Part shown: piece by piece, positions 28,050-39,548 of the stretch
How the letters are laid out: every line of letters begins with the position of its first letter
How positions within the stretch are numbered: position 1 is the first letter of the stretch
Source: Yuukianura sp. NJ FZ-2021
Lineage: Eukaryota
Assembly (NCBI GenBank): GCA_046563655.1
Contig: CM102290.1
Location: 8,308,001 to 8,372,000, forward strand
Direction: 5' to 3'
DNA: 64,000 nucleotides
The notes under the pieces: generated by a model
What the model was told of the DNA's origin: nothing
The model's database searches: none
The model's input: the letters and a program-made list of their open reading frames with translations, nothing else
Made by a program: the position numbers and the translations under genes

Positions 28050-31000
28050 GACATAACTTGAAGGTCCGATGACCTTCTCCAGAATTCCGAATTCAACATT
28101 AGGTTAGGCCAACCTATGTTAAGATGTCAAACGAACGAAAAGTGTTCCGACATACTAGCTTCATCGTCATAGAACACTTGAATCGCTTTTCTAAAGAGCA
28201 TGATATACTTTTATAATTTCAAATCCCGTTCTTAACGAAGTGATGAACGCAATGGACCAGATTTCGACTTTAGGAAATTTCCAATACCTTCGGCATGGTA
28301 CTAGGGTTCGTTTGTATCCAAGCAGCGCATTTCTAAGACAAAAAAAATCCTTTCTTTTGTTCAAAATTTTGGATAAATATATATAAATAGTAGGAATATG
28401 GTACAAAGGAAAATTTTAAAACAGCTATTGACTTTCTCTTTGCTTTCTCCCTTCTGTTTTTTCTTAGATTTTAGACGTTGGACTGAAAAAGAACTTTGAC
28501 TCTGAGTCCATTGTCTTTTCTCTTTTTCATCTCTAGGGTCCGTTTGGGAGCACAGGAAAAGGAATTGTTTTTAGAAAAGTGAAAGTGGACACAGAGTCTT
28601 TTGTTTGTGTTTTCAGTAGATAAGGTCATTGGATACTTTGAAGGTCAGAGGCAAAGGCAAACTAACTTTCTTCTGTTCGTTTTTGAGTGGAAACGGAAAC
28701 CAATTTAAAAAAAGGTCAGAGTTCAATAGGAACGTATTTACATTCCAAGTACTAACATTGAAACGTCAAAAAGTAATGGAAACTGACTATGGCTAGTGCT
28801 TTAATTTCGGCAAGATGAGTCTAAACCTCAAGTACCTGTTTGCACTGTGTATAAATTTTCTCCGCCTTCAGTTTTTTGTTTTTTGAAAAGTATTTTAAAT
28901 CTTGCTCTTGTTCAAACTTCAGTTTTAAAATTTAGACGCACTTTCTCCTTCTTATCGTTCGAGAAGTTATTCTGCTACTGGGAAGTCTTATTTTGAAGCC
29001 GCGTTTAAACAAGGTTTAATAGGTTTTCAGGATAACCTCTTTTCTATCAAACAACAACTAAATTCTTATTTTGTAATTTAATTTTTAACGTTTTTAATTT
29101 TAGGAAAATATTTGTAACGAAAATGATTCTAGACATTGCTGCTATGATACCTGAAAGAAAGAGGTAAAATAACTATAAGTTAGCTAAGGTAATGCTGCAG
29201 CGGAGAGCAGAAAAAGCGAAGTGCGGTTGTAGGCTGGAAAGTTGCTGCAGAGTGGGGCTGATACACTTTTAAGTGAGGTATTAATTAGGAAATTGTTAGC
29301 GTAAATGAATTAGTTAGGAACCTCATGAGAGACCCTTATGATTCCGTCTCAAACTGAAAAGGAAAAGGTGAAAGTCTAACGGTGAAAGTCCAACCGAGGG
29401 CATTGAACAGCCTTGTAAATTCTTCACTGGGTTAAGGGTTAGGGTTAACCCAAACCTGGGCATAATTCCGTCTAAGAACTTAAAGAAATGCAGTGGAGAA
29501 CGCAGGAAAACACGTTAGACTTTGTACCACTTTATATGCTTTTCAATTAGTAATGTAGAGGTAATAGGGACCTAACTCTCCATACACATGAACATTGTAG
29601 GATACCCTTACTAACTAACATATTGCATTTAATCTTGGCTACAATTTCAAATTTAAAATTTAGCGCCAATGGAAAACATATGGAAGTAACGTCCACAAAC
29701 GGAACATTTTCAAAGTCCGTACTACAAATTGTTATTGATAATCTTTAATAATCTGGGTAATGGGCGCTTTTACGATCGAAACGTGAATCTCAGCTTTGAA
29801 GTTCTTGTTCTATTTTTTTTTTCTGCTTATTTGTTGATTTTTTGTTGTTGATGTTTTTGTGCAAGTCGGAATAGGCTAGTAGCTAGCTAAAAGAACATTC
29901 CTTCAACCAGATCTGAGATTTAACTTTGACTAGGTTTCGTAATTGTTGCTAATTTTTAGTTGCTAAAGGTTTTGATACTTTGGTTGTTGATTTGCCGTTA
30001 CTCGTACCACCGTTCATTTAATAGTTTAAGTTGAATTTTGGGAATGGTTTTTTCTTCGCCCGATTCCATTTTTGGAGAAAGCAGGAGCGTTGGCTTGATA
30101 TGTGCATATGTATTTATTTGCAAACATGTTTTATTTATTTATCTCGCAGTTTTGCAAAACGACAAAAACTTTGTTAGGGTTTCGGGGATATAATTTTATT
30201 GTAGCATTAACGAATTGAACAGTGGTTATAATATAGTGTAGGATCGTAAGTGTCATAGGATCTAACTGTGCTTAACTGTCGATGGTGTCTAGTGAAATCG
30301 TTATTTAGTCATAATCATTTGAATGGTGTAGGAAGTCTAGTTAGAAAGTAGGTTTTAGAAATTGCATTGGTATTTATTTATATAATTTAGAAGAGGCGTC
30401 GTAATGCCGAAAGTTTAGTTTTACAAGTTGCGTAAATATTTCGGATTTGAGCAAATTGTTAGGAGTGGAACATGGACGCAAAATTGCAGAACACGGCATT
30501 GAAATCGTTCCTTTTTTCAAAACACAGAGAAAGTTGGCGCGGAACTGAGCAAACCGGAATCGGTGGTGAAAAGCGATTTGGCGATTTGACTTAAAACGAT
30601 GAACAAAGTAAATGTATATGGGCGTAACAAATTTAACGGACGTTACAAAGAATCTCTTAAAGTCTTAACTATTTAGCTGTGTGAGGCGACTAATTTAACG
30701 CGAACAAATCGAAAGCTTCAACTTGTACGTATACTTTCAAAACAAAGAAAAACGTTTACAAAAACAAAATAGAATATACAGGGTGAATTTTACTCTTTTA
30801 CCAAAGAAAACATTCAAGTTTCCGGATGCTACGATAATAATTCCTTGATCTATGACTTTCTCCTGACATCCGACAGTTCGTGTAAGTCCAGTTTCACCAC
30901 TTCCAGTCACCTCCTCCTTCGTCTTTTAATTAACAATTTAGCTAACATCAACATGATGAGCAATATGAACTTTTCAACTTCACGCATCAACTCCTTCAGT

Positions 31001-32351
31001 TGTCTAAAAAAACTGAACTTTCACCTTAAAAAATTAGTAAAAACAAGACACAGGGCCACGATCTATTTTGATTTCCTTCTTCCCTTGGGTGTTGGACTTG
31101 AATAACGAAAAATCTCTCTTGACTTGTCTAAAAACTAAAACAAACTACAACTTTAATTTTTTGTACAGTTCTTTAAAATGGACTGACCGAGTAACAGGGA
31201 AAGGATTATTAAATGTAAACCTTAAGAAAACAAATTGTGTTAATTACGAGTCAACAATTAGAAACTGAGTTAAATCATAAAAATCATGGGTACATATCGG
31301 GAAAAAATCGTTAAAGGTGCAATGAATACAAACTTTTCTTAAACAACTATCGTGTCATCTTCAATTATTTCTCCCTTCAAATTTTTTTCTTAAGAGACAA
31401 AATGTTATGGCGTCTTTGATTGTATAACTGTAATTGATTTCAAAATTTTACTTTACCAATTCTATGATTAAAACTTAATTATGTTACCCCTTAATATGAT
31501 AGATCTAATGCCACTTGTCCTTTTCGTATTGAATCAGTTGAAATTCGAAATTTTTTTGTCTTGTTTACAGAAAGATTTTAGTTTTTGAAAAACCAAAAGC
31601 CTATAAAAGACGTTCTACGTTTGGTAAACGCGTAAAGTAGAAGATGTTATGTTTTTACTCTTCCGATGACACTAAATTATTCGTATGTTATAACTGTTGT
31701 TTGTAATTCCTTTCGTGTTGTATTTTACATGTTCTAATGTTTAAGATTGTTAATTTTTTGTGCAACTACTGAATTAATTCCTTCACAGCAGCAGCAGCAT
31801 CACTTGAACAAAAATGGACTCACTTCTCGGAGTGGTTGTGGTAGTGATATGTACCTTTGAATTATACGCAATTCATAATTTATTATTCTTAACCCAAATT
31901 CATTCATATTTTCTCCAACTTCCCCTCAATGGTATTAAAATGCATGATAAATAACTGGACGTTCTCAATTGTTTTCAATTCTAATTTTAAAGTTTTAGGT
32001 CGAGTTGGCTCCTTACAGTTGCTGCGATTGTTATCAATTCAATGTGCAATGAAAGTTCTTAGCAGGACAATAGATGAATGTTGAAAACGCGTTGATCAAA
32101 ATGTGTGAAAGTTAACAAGTGAGTAGTACGTGGTGTGTAGCAATTTATTTCAACATAATAAAAAAGAAGCACGAAGAACTGTGAACAAATAAATACGGTT
32201 GTCAGAAGTTTAGGAACTTTGTTAGATCTTTTGCGGAAATTCGCCATCCTTCCCGATCAGTGCTTCGCAGTCGTCCTCCAACCTTGAATATTTGCTCAAT
32301 TTCAATTCTTTGTTCCGTCAAATCTTAAATTCCACTGGAAGGATTCTCAAC

Positions 32352-34329
32352 TTACTTTTCTGTTCGAGGTTTCTTGAAATCACGTTGCATGTCCATTTGT
32401 TGAACTTTTGCGTAGAGGCCAGACCCTGCAAGGACGGTAAAATTGGAGAACCACCACATGACTGACTTGGTGTCATTGTATGTATGGACGGCAAGAATTG
32501 TTTGAACGCATGCTTTGGCTGTTCCAGAGATGTTGTGGGTGAGAGGCGAGGTCACCTAAACAAAAAAGCGGACAAATGAGTAAGAAAGTAAGCTACACGT
32601 TCAACTTAGGGCTGTTTTTAAGTTAAAACTTGCCTGAATCTGCAGAGCAGTTACAAATCCAATTGCTACTCCGCACAGGCCTCCAATGACCATCAGGTAC
32701 CAAAAGTATACGTCTAACAATTGTCCAGCAAACACTATATCTGGTAGTTCTCCAGTTAGGAACATCATAGGGACAAATAGAACGGAGGCGTTAATGTTAT
32801 TATACAAATTCAAAATCAAAACGTTATTTTCAACGTATGGTAAAATTTTCTTGGTATAAATGGAGTTCAGTGAGACGCAGGCAGAGGAAAGGACTCCGTA
32901 GAAAACGCCTTTCCATGAAACAAGTCCTAAAAACGAAACACACAATAAGTAAAGCAAGCCCAAATAAATCCCAATAAAATATTATAAGAGCTTCTTACCG
33001 GTGACACCTTCTTGGTCAAGGCCCACTAAATAGCCAAACACAATAATTCCACAGCATATGATTGCTTTCCGAGAGACCACCTCTCCTGCAAATCAAGAAC
33101 GTGCGCTTCTTGTTACTACAATTTCCAGTTCTTGTAAGTAATTTGAAAAGAATAAAATCAGTCTCACTTAGAATTGTAAACGTGAAGATCACGTTTGTTA
33201 CAGTTGTCAAGCAGCGGGCCAAATAGTAGAACGCTACCCCAACAAACTTCAAGCACAAATTGTTGAAGGATATCATTGCAACAAAGACCACGGAAAGTGG
33301 AAGGACCTACCATAAAACTTTTTGGTTCATTATGTGTAACATGACAAATACATTATGGTATTGAGTGTCGAAGGAAATAGACTAAGCTGGTACCTGGAGG
33401 ATATCCTTGATACTGATTCTGATAGACGCAAATTGAGCTAGCCAAGTGAATCCTGTTATACGAGCGACCAGTTTCAGCACTAATAAAAATACAACCGTAA
33501 AAACACACTGAAAACAGGTGACAAATAAGGTTCCGTCAAAGTCCTGTTTTGAGCTCAGAAGTGACTTGTTCACAAATACGGTGAGTATGGACACAAACCT
33601 GTAAAAAATTCCAATTTTAAACTGTTTAATCTAGGGCTGCCGCGATTCAGGGTTTTGGCCGAATCGGCGATGCAGCGATTCAGTCTACCTCTTGAATCGC
33701 TGTCGGTCTTTTTCAAGTTTTGCCAATGGCACCTTCCCTTTATCTCTTAAATCAGTGGAAAGCTTTTACGCTAAAATCATCTCAACAGTTTTGGTTCATC
33801 TAAACCACACTTATTCTGCGTTAAACCAAACCTCTAAACTACTTATGTGTCATGTTTGATTAAGTAACTTCCGATTTCTCCTCCACATTGAAGAAAACGT
33901 TTAGGTTATGAATAATGGAATTTGAATACAGTTTGAGAATTAGTTTTACTGCGATTTTTAGGTTCAAAACGCCAAAACAAATTCCCAAGTAAACAATTTC
34001 GCGGCCTGATTTTAATTTTTCTGCATCGCTCCTGAATCGCGCGATTCAAGCGATTCATGCGTTTTAAAACGGGCGATTAGGATGCATCGCGCGATAAGGA
34101 AAAATGACTGAATCGCTGGCGATTCATCGCTAAAACGATGCACCGCGGCAGCCCTAGTTTAATCATCTAATAAACTTGGTAACGCTTGGAGGTCCCAACT
34201 TGAATTGAATCCCAGGACAACTACTTACCAATAAGCGGCGACGACAAGGGTTACATGGATGTACTGTTCCATCAAGGAATTGTACTTCCGCCCCTGCCCC
34301 TGCTTGGCGGCATCTTGCTTCGGAGCCAT
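32352..34329 (-). CDS. SLC35C1: GDP-fucose transporter 1 (SLC35C1 / Drosophila nac-Gfr-like)
   Basis: Exons (minus) 34329-34229, 33598-33394, 33306-33168, 33085-32999, 32926-32634, 32555-32352 = 342 aa + stop. Motifs [83 protein letters not shown] are typical of SLC35C1. The last intron is GC-AG. Confidence 0.93.
33632..34156. mobile_element. Non-autonomous hAT-superfamily MITE (525 bp) in the first coding intron of SLC35C1
   Basis: Perfect 13-bp TIRs TAGGGCTGCCGCG (33632-33644) / CGCGGCAGCCCTA (34144-34156), exact 8-bp TSD GTTTAATC (33624-33631 and 34157-34164), and many subterminal GCGATTCA/TGAATCGC motifs. 8-bp TSD and TAGGG termini are hAT hallmarks. Confidence 0.9.
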
Positions 34330-34669
34330 TCTAATGTAAATCTGAAACAAACGAAAACCATCAGTATAACCTCGATGATTAAGCGGTAAACAATAGAACG
34401 TGTGCAATTCGCCTATGTATTAGTGAAATACCTTAGACTTATCGTAGAAACCGTGACACCGCTTGTTGCTTGACGTTGATGTGACCCTCCAGGACAACGA
34501 TCAAAAGTGTGAATCCGTGCTCCCCGAGGCTGCCGACACTACCTAATGGAATTGGATGGTTACAGAGTTACTTGACAGGTAGCATATTGGCTTGGAATTA
34601 ATTGCTAGTTGTGCTTTCGTTTGATTATGCGGTTGAGAACTCCACCTCCTGTTTGATTAATGGATAAGT

Positions 34670-34804
34670 TACCGTAGGGTCAGTTCAAGAAAAACTAGGG
34701 TCTGACTATTCCACTGACACTTGTTTTTTCTCCTTTACCTAAATGACATAAAATACGTGTCAGTGGAATAGTCAGACCCTAGTTTTTGATGACCCTACAC
34801 GGTA
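34670..34804. repeat. Palindromic element (31-bp perfect inverted repeat), probable small MITE
   Basis: AAAAACTAGGGTCTGACTATTCCACTGACAC (34690-34720) is the exact reverse complement of 34757-34787. Outer imperfect arms TACCGTAGGGTCA...TGACCCTACACGGTA. Confidence 0.8.
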
Positions 34805-35325
34805 TCAGCTTTAGCACTCATTACTATAATTTGGATGAATTATTAATTTGGATTAATTATTAATTTCTTTTTCAAGTATTTATTTCAATTATTAATTTTT
34901 ATTATTTGCAAAACTAATGTGAATTAATTTTTACCGAATTAGCCGTCAATTTAAGTAATTTAAAAAATATTTCTGATGCCCATATGCGATTTAGCATTGC
35001 TTCGGCTCTGTGGTATCGTGGAAACTTAAAATATGGGGAAAGTCCCATAGTTAACTATGGGAGAAAACCACAGTTATCTCCAAATGCACACCCATATAAA
35101 CTCTTGTTTTTATGTTATAAATTTTCACGTGTTTCACTTTAACATTTTTCATACCATCACGCTTATGAGGGGTAGTTTCTTGCAGAACACTGAGAAACGA
35201 AACACCGGTTTCTTGCAATTTGCAAATCAGCCAGTGTAATTTAACATGACGATGATTAAAAATTAGTTAGGTAAAAGCTTAAGATTACGATGGACAGATT
35301 CACTTATACGCAATTTCCCATAAGA

Positions 35326-35645
35326 CTTCAGGTGCATCTCCTTTATGATTGGTTAGGCACTCAAAAAACTACGACCACACTTTTCGCATTAGCATACGCT
35401 GCTCCACAGCTTGAGCATAACCTATCGGGCGAAAACAGCACCCTTCGTCCACAAAACATAGGTTTCCTGGAAGACGTTCCAGAAATCCTCGGATTTTTGC
35501 CTTCTTTGCCTAGGCATGGCAAAACGGTTGAAGATTCGTCAAAAAGGAGATGCTCAAGCTGTGGAGCAGCGTATTATGCTAATGCGAAAAGTGTGGTCGT
35601 AGTTTTTTGAGCGCCTAACCAATCTTACAGGAAATGTACCTGAAG
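35326..35645. mobile_element. Foldback/MITE-like element with ~95-bp imperfect terminal inverted repeats
   Basis: 35347-35418 (GATTGGTTAGGCACTCAAAAAACTACGACCACACTTTTCGCATTAGCATA...GCTTGAGCAT) is a near-perfect reverse complement of 35550-35624. Arms extend imperfectly to 35326 and 35645. No clear TSD. Confidence 0.7.
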
Positions 35646-37080
35646 ATTGGGTCAGAGTTGACGAATTTCTTGTTGACAATTTACAATTTCGTATTACGTC
35701 ACCAAGAGTTGGGGCACCCTGAGAATTGAGACTAAGAAATGGCTCACCCACTTCGTCTGACAGTTTTAGAAAAACCGCAAATGGTTCTCAAATTTGAAAT
35801 TTAACGCAGTGATTGGCGAGTTATAGGCTGAGTTGTGCAAAATTTCAATTGTAAGGATCAATGTTTCAATTGTAAACCCGTTCGGGTTTTTCATGATTAC
35901 GTAGTTGTAAATTCTCAATTCTCAGTCGTTGCCATGTCCACAAAACATTCTTTTGCGTTATTTATATTGACCTCCTGTCTCTCTTTTAATGCAACTTTTT
36001 AATTAACTAGTAATACTTTTAAAGTAATTTATCTACATGGCTTGCGTAAGTTTAGAAACGACAAGAAAAATGCGACACAGAAATAAAGGTGAATGATTTA
36101 TGGAATTTATCTCTCCCCATGATAGAAAAGATGCAAATATATTGTAAAAAAAATTGGTAAAAGGAAAAATAATTTTGAAACGGAGTAAACAGGGCGTTTC
36201 ATCAATCAATTATGATCAAAATAACAGTGATGTAATTGGGAACAAGGTACGCTTCATTATAATTAGTTAATTTTGATTTCACAGGTTTCCCACGTTTAAA
36301 ATAAAGAAAGACGTAAACCGGTACATCCGTGTTGGATGTCCAAGCCCGACTAGAGACGAGGCGACGACCCCCTGCTTTTCCCAATGCCATCCCACATTTT
36401 TGTGAGAAGATCCAAATTCCAAGGGGAAACGAAGATTAACATTCAACTTTTGGTAAGCTATACTAACTACTAACAATCAGTTTGATAGAGGTCGGGCAAG
36501 GGATATCATTTTCATATTTAATTGCTACACAAATCAATTAAGCTAACCCGAAACACTTTTACCATTGTCATTCAGCCAATGACCAAAGTGACACCTTAAG
36601 CAGTCAGCGGGTCAACCAGACTGGCACTACAAACATCTTTGACTTGACATCGATATCAATAGCTTTCTTCATCAGGTAATTTTGTTTTTTTCGGAGTCAT
36701 TTAACTTTATGCAAGTGCGATACCTCAATTGCAATTTTAATTGACTAACATATCATTGGTGGGGTTTTCAGGAAACTTCGTCAATTTATATTGCACAGCA
36801 ATGAAAATCAAGTTCTGCTAATTTCTTTTACAAGTGGTGTGGACTCCACACTGTGGAGAGGCCACTTATAACCATAAACTGATTGATTTTCAAAACTTTT
36901 AAGCTTTTAAAACTTATTGTCTAGCACTTCGTCGCGTAATCTGGGTCATGACGTTTCGTCCTAGTACTATAACTACTAAAAGTGCTTTGTTTTGTGTTTC
37001 ATAGGTGATTTGGAGAAACTGCGTAGTTTACCAATTTTAGCACTGAAAGTCGCTACTGTGTACCAGTTGACGCAATCACT

Positions 37081-39393
37081 ATGGATTCAGCTAAAGAAGA
37101 AGTCCAAAAATCTACTGCTAGTACAACCAGTTTAGAAGAGGGGAACAGTCAGCTAGAAACTGGAACTGGGATAGCGGAATCCAAGAATAGTCAGGCAAAG
37201 GAGGATTCATCTGGCGATGTGGGTTCAACTACTGCCGATTCCGCTGTAACTCCACCTCCAACAAATTCAAGTCCCAATACTGATTCTACTGAAGGTCAAG
37301 GGACCAAGAGACCAAAGGAAGTCAATGACCCAACGATACCAAACTCCTCTTCAGACGACAGTCCAAAAGCCAAACGACTGCGTAAGGACGACGAGGAATC
37401 AGTGAGTGATCAAGTGGATACTATCAGTTCATGTCCCAGTAGTCAGCCCACAGACAAAGACCCACCGTCAGATACTGATGCTGCACGAGGCAGTACTGCT
37501 TTAGCCCCTGAAGCTCCCAAAGTACCTCCAATTAAAATCGTCCTACAGTCGCACAGTAGCACAGAAGCAGAGTCTATGGCTGCCGTTTCACAACCGCATG
37601 TTGTCACCACGACCGCGACATCAGGATTTCCTTATATCGTTTCAGCCGACTCTTCCGGAATTCCTGCTTCCAGTCCACTTACCAAGGACAAAGGTCGTGA
37701 CGAACCTCTTCAGAAAACGAACACAGAATCACCAGTCATCGGTGAAGGACAACCTAAGGATAAACGGGAGCCAACGAATAGTGAATCTCCGAAGACATTT
37801 ACACCTTCAGAAACTCCTGATCAAAAAGGAGGTGAGGGAAGTTCCAACGGAAATGGAGGTCAAACTTGCGTGACCTTTGACGAAAGGTCAACTTTGGATG
37901 GGACACAGAGTCCATCGCTTCTTGGAAAGGAAAAGCCTACAAGGGTGACGAGAAGTTCACAACTTAGAATGGCTACTACCGTCCAGCCCTCTCCAGCTAC
38001 ATCGCCCAAAACAAGCACTTGCTCATCCCCAACACAAATGGAAGTTAACAGCTCAATTGGAACGGAATCGCTTTCTGCTGCACAAGTAACACTCAATAGT
38101 CCTACTGCAATGTGTAACTTTTGATTCTTTAACGTTTGGATTTTGTCATCGATTAATGGATCAATTACTTTAGGAAGCAGCGCTTGAATCTTCTCCAGCC
38201 CCGAAGAACCAAGATCCACCCGAACTGCATCCAAGGAAACGGAAGTTAAAGACCAAGGAAAAGGAAAAAGAAAAAGAAAAGGAAAAGGCTGAAAAAGAGA
38301 AGGAAACTGTGAAAGAACCACCAGTTCCGCCGTCCTCGGCTGTCAGCAACGTCAGTTCGTCCAGTTCCACTTCTGGAGAGGCTGGAGATGGACCTGGAAA
38401 TCAAACAGTTGGGCCGAACAATGCCGCTGACCCGTCACATCCTATTCTCAACTGTGTTGAAATGTACCTCAACATTAGAAAACAGGTTAGCTGAAGTACC
38501 CAACTAAGCTCAACCTCAGACTAACTGATTAGTAGTTAATAAGTTTCAGGATTAGTAATAGATTTTTCGTTCTATGTAGATCGAGCGAAGACGGCAAAAT
38601 TTGTTTCCGGTTCAACCAAAACCGCCACAGGGTTTCAAAGACTATTTGATGAATCGTGGAACTTATGTTCTGAGTACGACACCCAATGCACATTTGGCAG
38701 TTCCCAGTAACTCCTTTCCACCATCTTTACCTCCACCACTGAAGGATCTGTTTCTGGAACAAGAAAAGGAGAGACACAGACTTCGGTTACAGCAAGTCGT
38801 CGAAAAAGAAAAACTTGTGCTGAGTGTAGAGCAAGAAATTTTAAGGGTCCATGGACGAGCGGCAAGGGCTCTGTCCAATCAAGCTCTTCCGTTTTCAGTT
38901 TGCACGTTTCTGAAGGACGAAGAGGTTAGTATTATTTTAATGAAATCTTATTACATAATGTAGTATAACATTTTTTTATGTGAGTTCTAGAGTTGCAACA
39001 GTTTACATGTTTTGTAGGTTTACAATCTACTTACCCCGGAGCAAGAAGAGAAGGACAGGAACGTTCGTTCGAGATACAATGGACGACTGTTCCTGTCTTG
39101 GCTGCAAGATGTTGATGACAAATGGGAGAAGATAAAGGTTACATTTTTGAACAAATTGTTGTTGAACTGTTTCCTGTTGAAGGTAACCATTTTGAACTAT
39201 TACTGAATTTTAGGAGTCGATGGTGCTGCGACATCATAATGAAGCTGAATCACTCTACGCCGTCCAGAAAATGGATTGGGAGTGGAAGATGAAGGAGGTG
39301 GGACTGTGTGAACCCAAAGCCACGCCCGTTATAGACGAAATCAGTGTACCCATGGTCTTTGTCTCTGACGACTTTGACCTCCTTCCGGCATGA
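37081..39393 (+). CDS. ANKRD12: ANKRD11/ANKRD12-family protein (conserved C-terminal domain; no ankyrin repeats seen)
   Basis: Exons 37081-38085, 38174-38485, 38580-38924, 39018-39137, 39214-39393 = 653 aa + stop. HPRKRK, PKPPQGFKDYL, EKEKLVLSVEQEILRVHGRAAR, PFSVCTFLKDEEVYN, RSRYNGRLFLSWLQDVDDKWEKIK, LRHHNEAESLYAVQKMDWEWK and terminal VPMVFVSDDFDLLPA match the ANKRD11/12 C-terminus. AATAAA at 39479. Confidence 0.85.
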
Positions 39394-39548
39394 GATGACC
39401 TTTGGCCTTTCGGAAAGCTTGAGACACGACCAACTTATCATTTGGATCATGAAGAATTTCAGCATTTAGTTCAGATTTAATAAAAGATGACGACTATAAC
39501 AACTTTAAATGTACGCAGGTTTGGAGTAATCGATTTCTTGATTATTTA

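Noticed and set aside
29170..29195. TAACTATAAGTTAGCTAAGGTA resembling the LSU rRNA I-CeuI/R2 target site
   Set aside because: Central bases mismatch and the flanks show no rRNA similarity; likely chance in AT-rich DNA.
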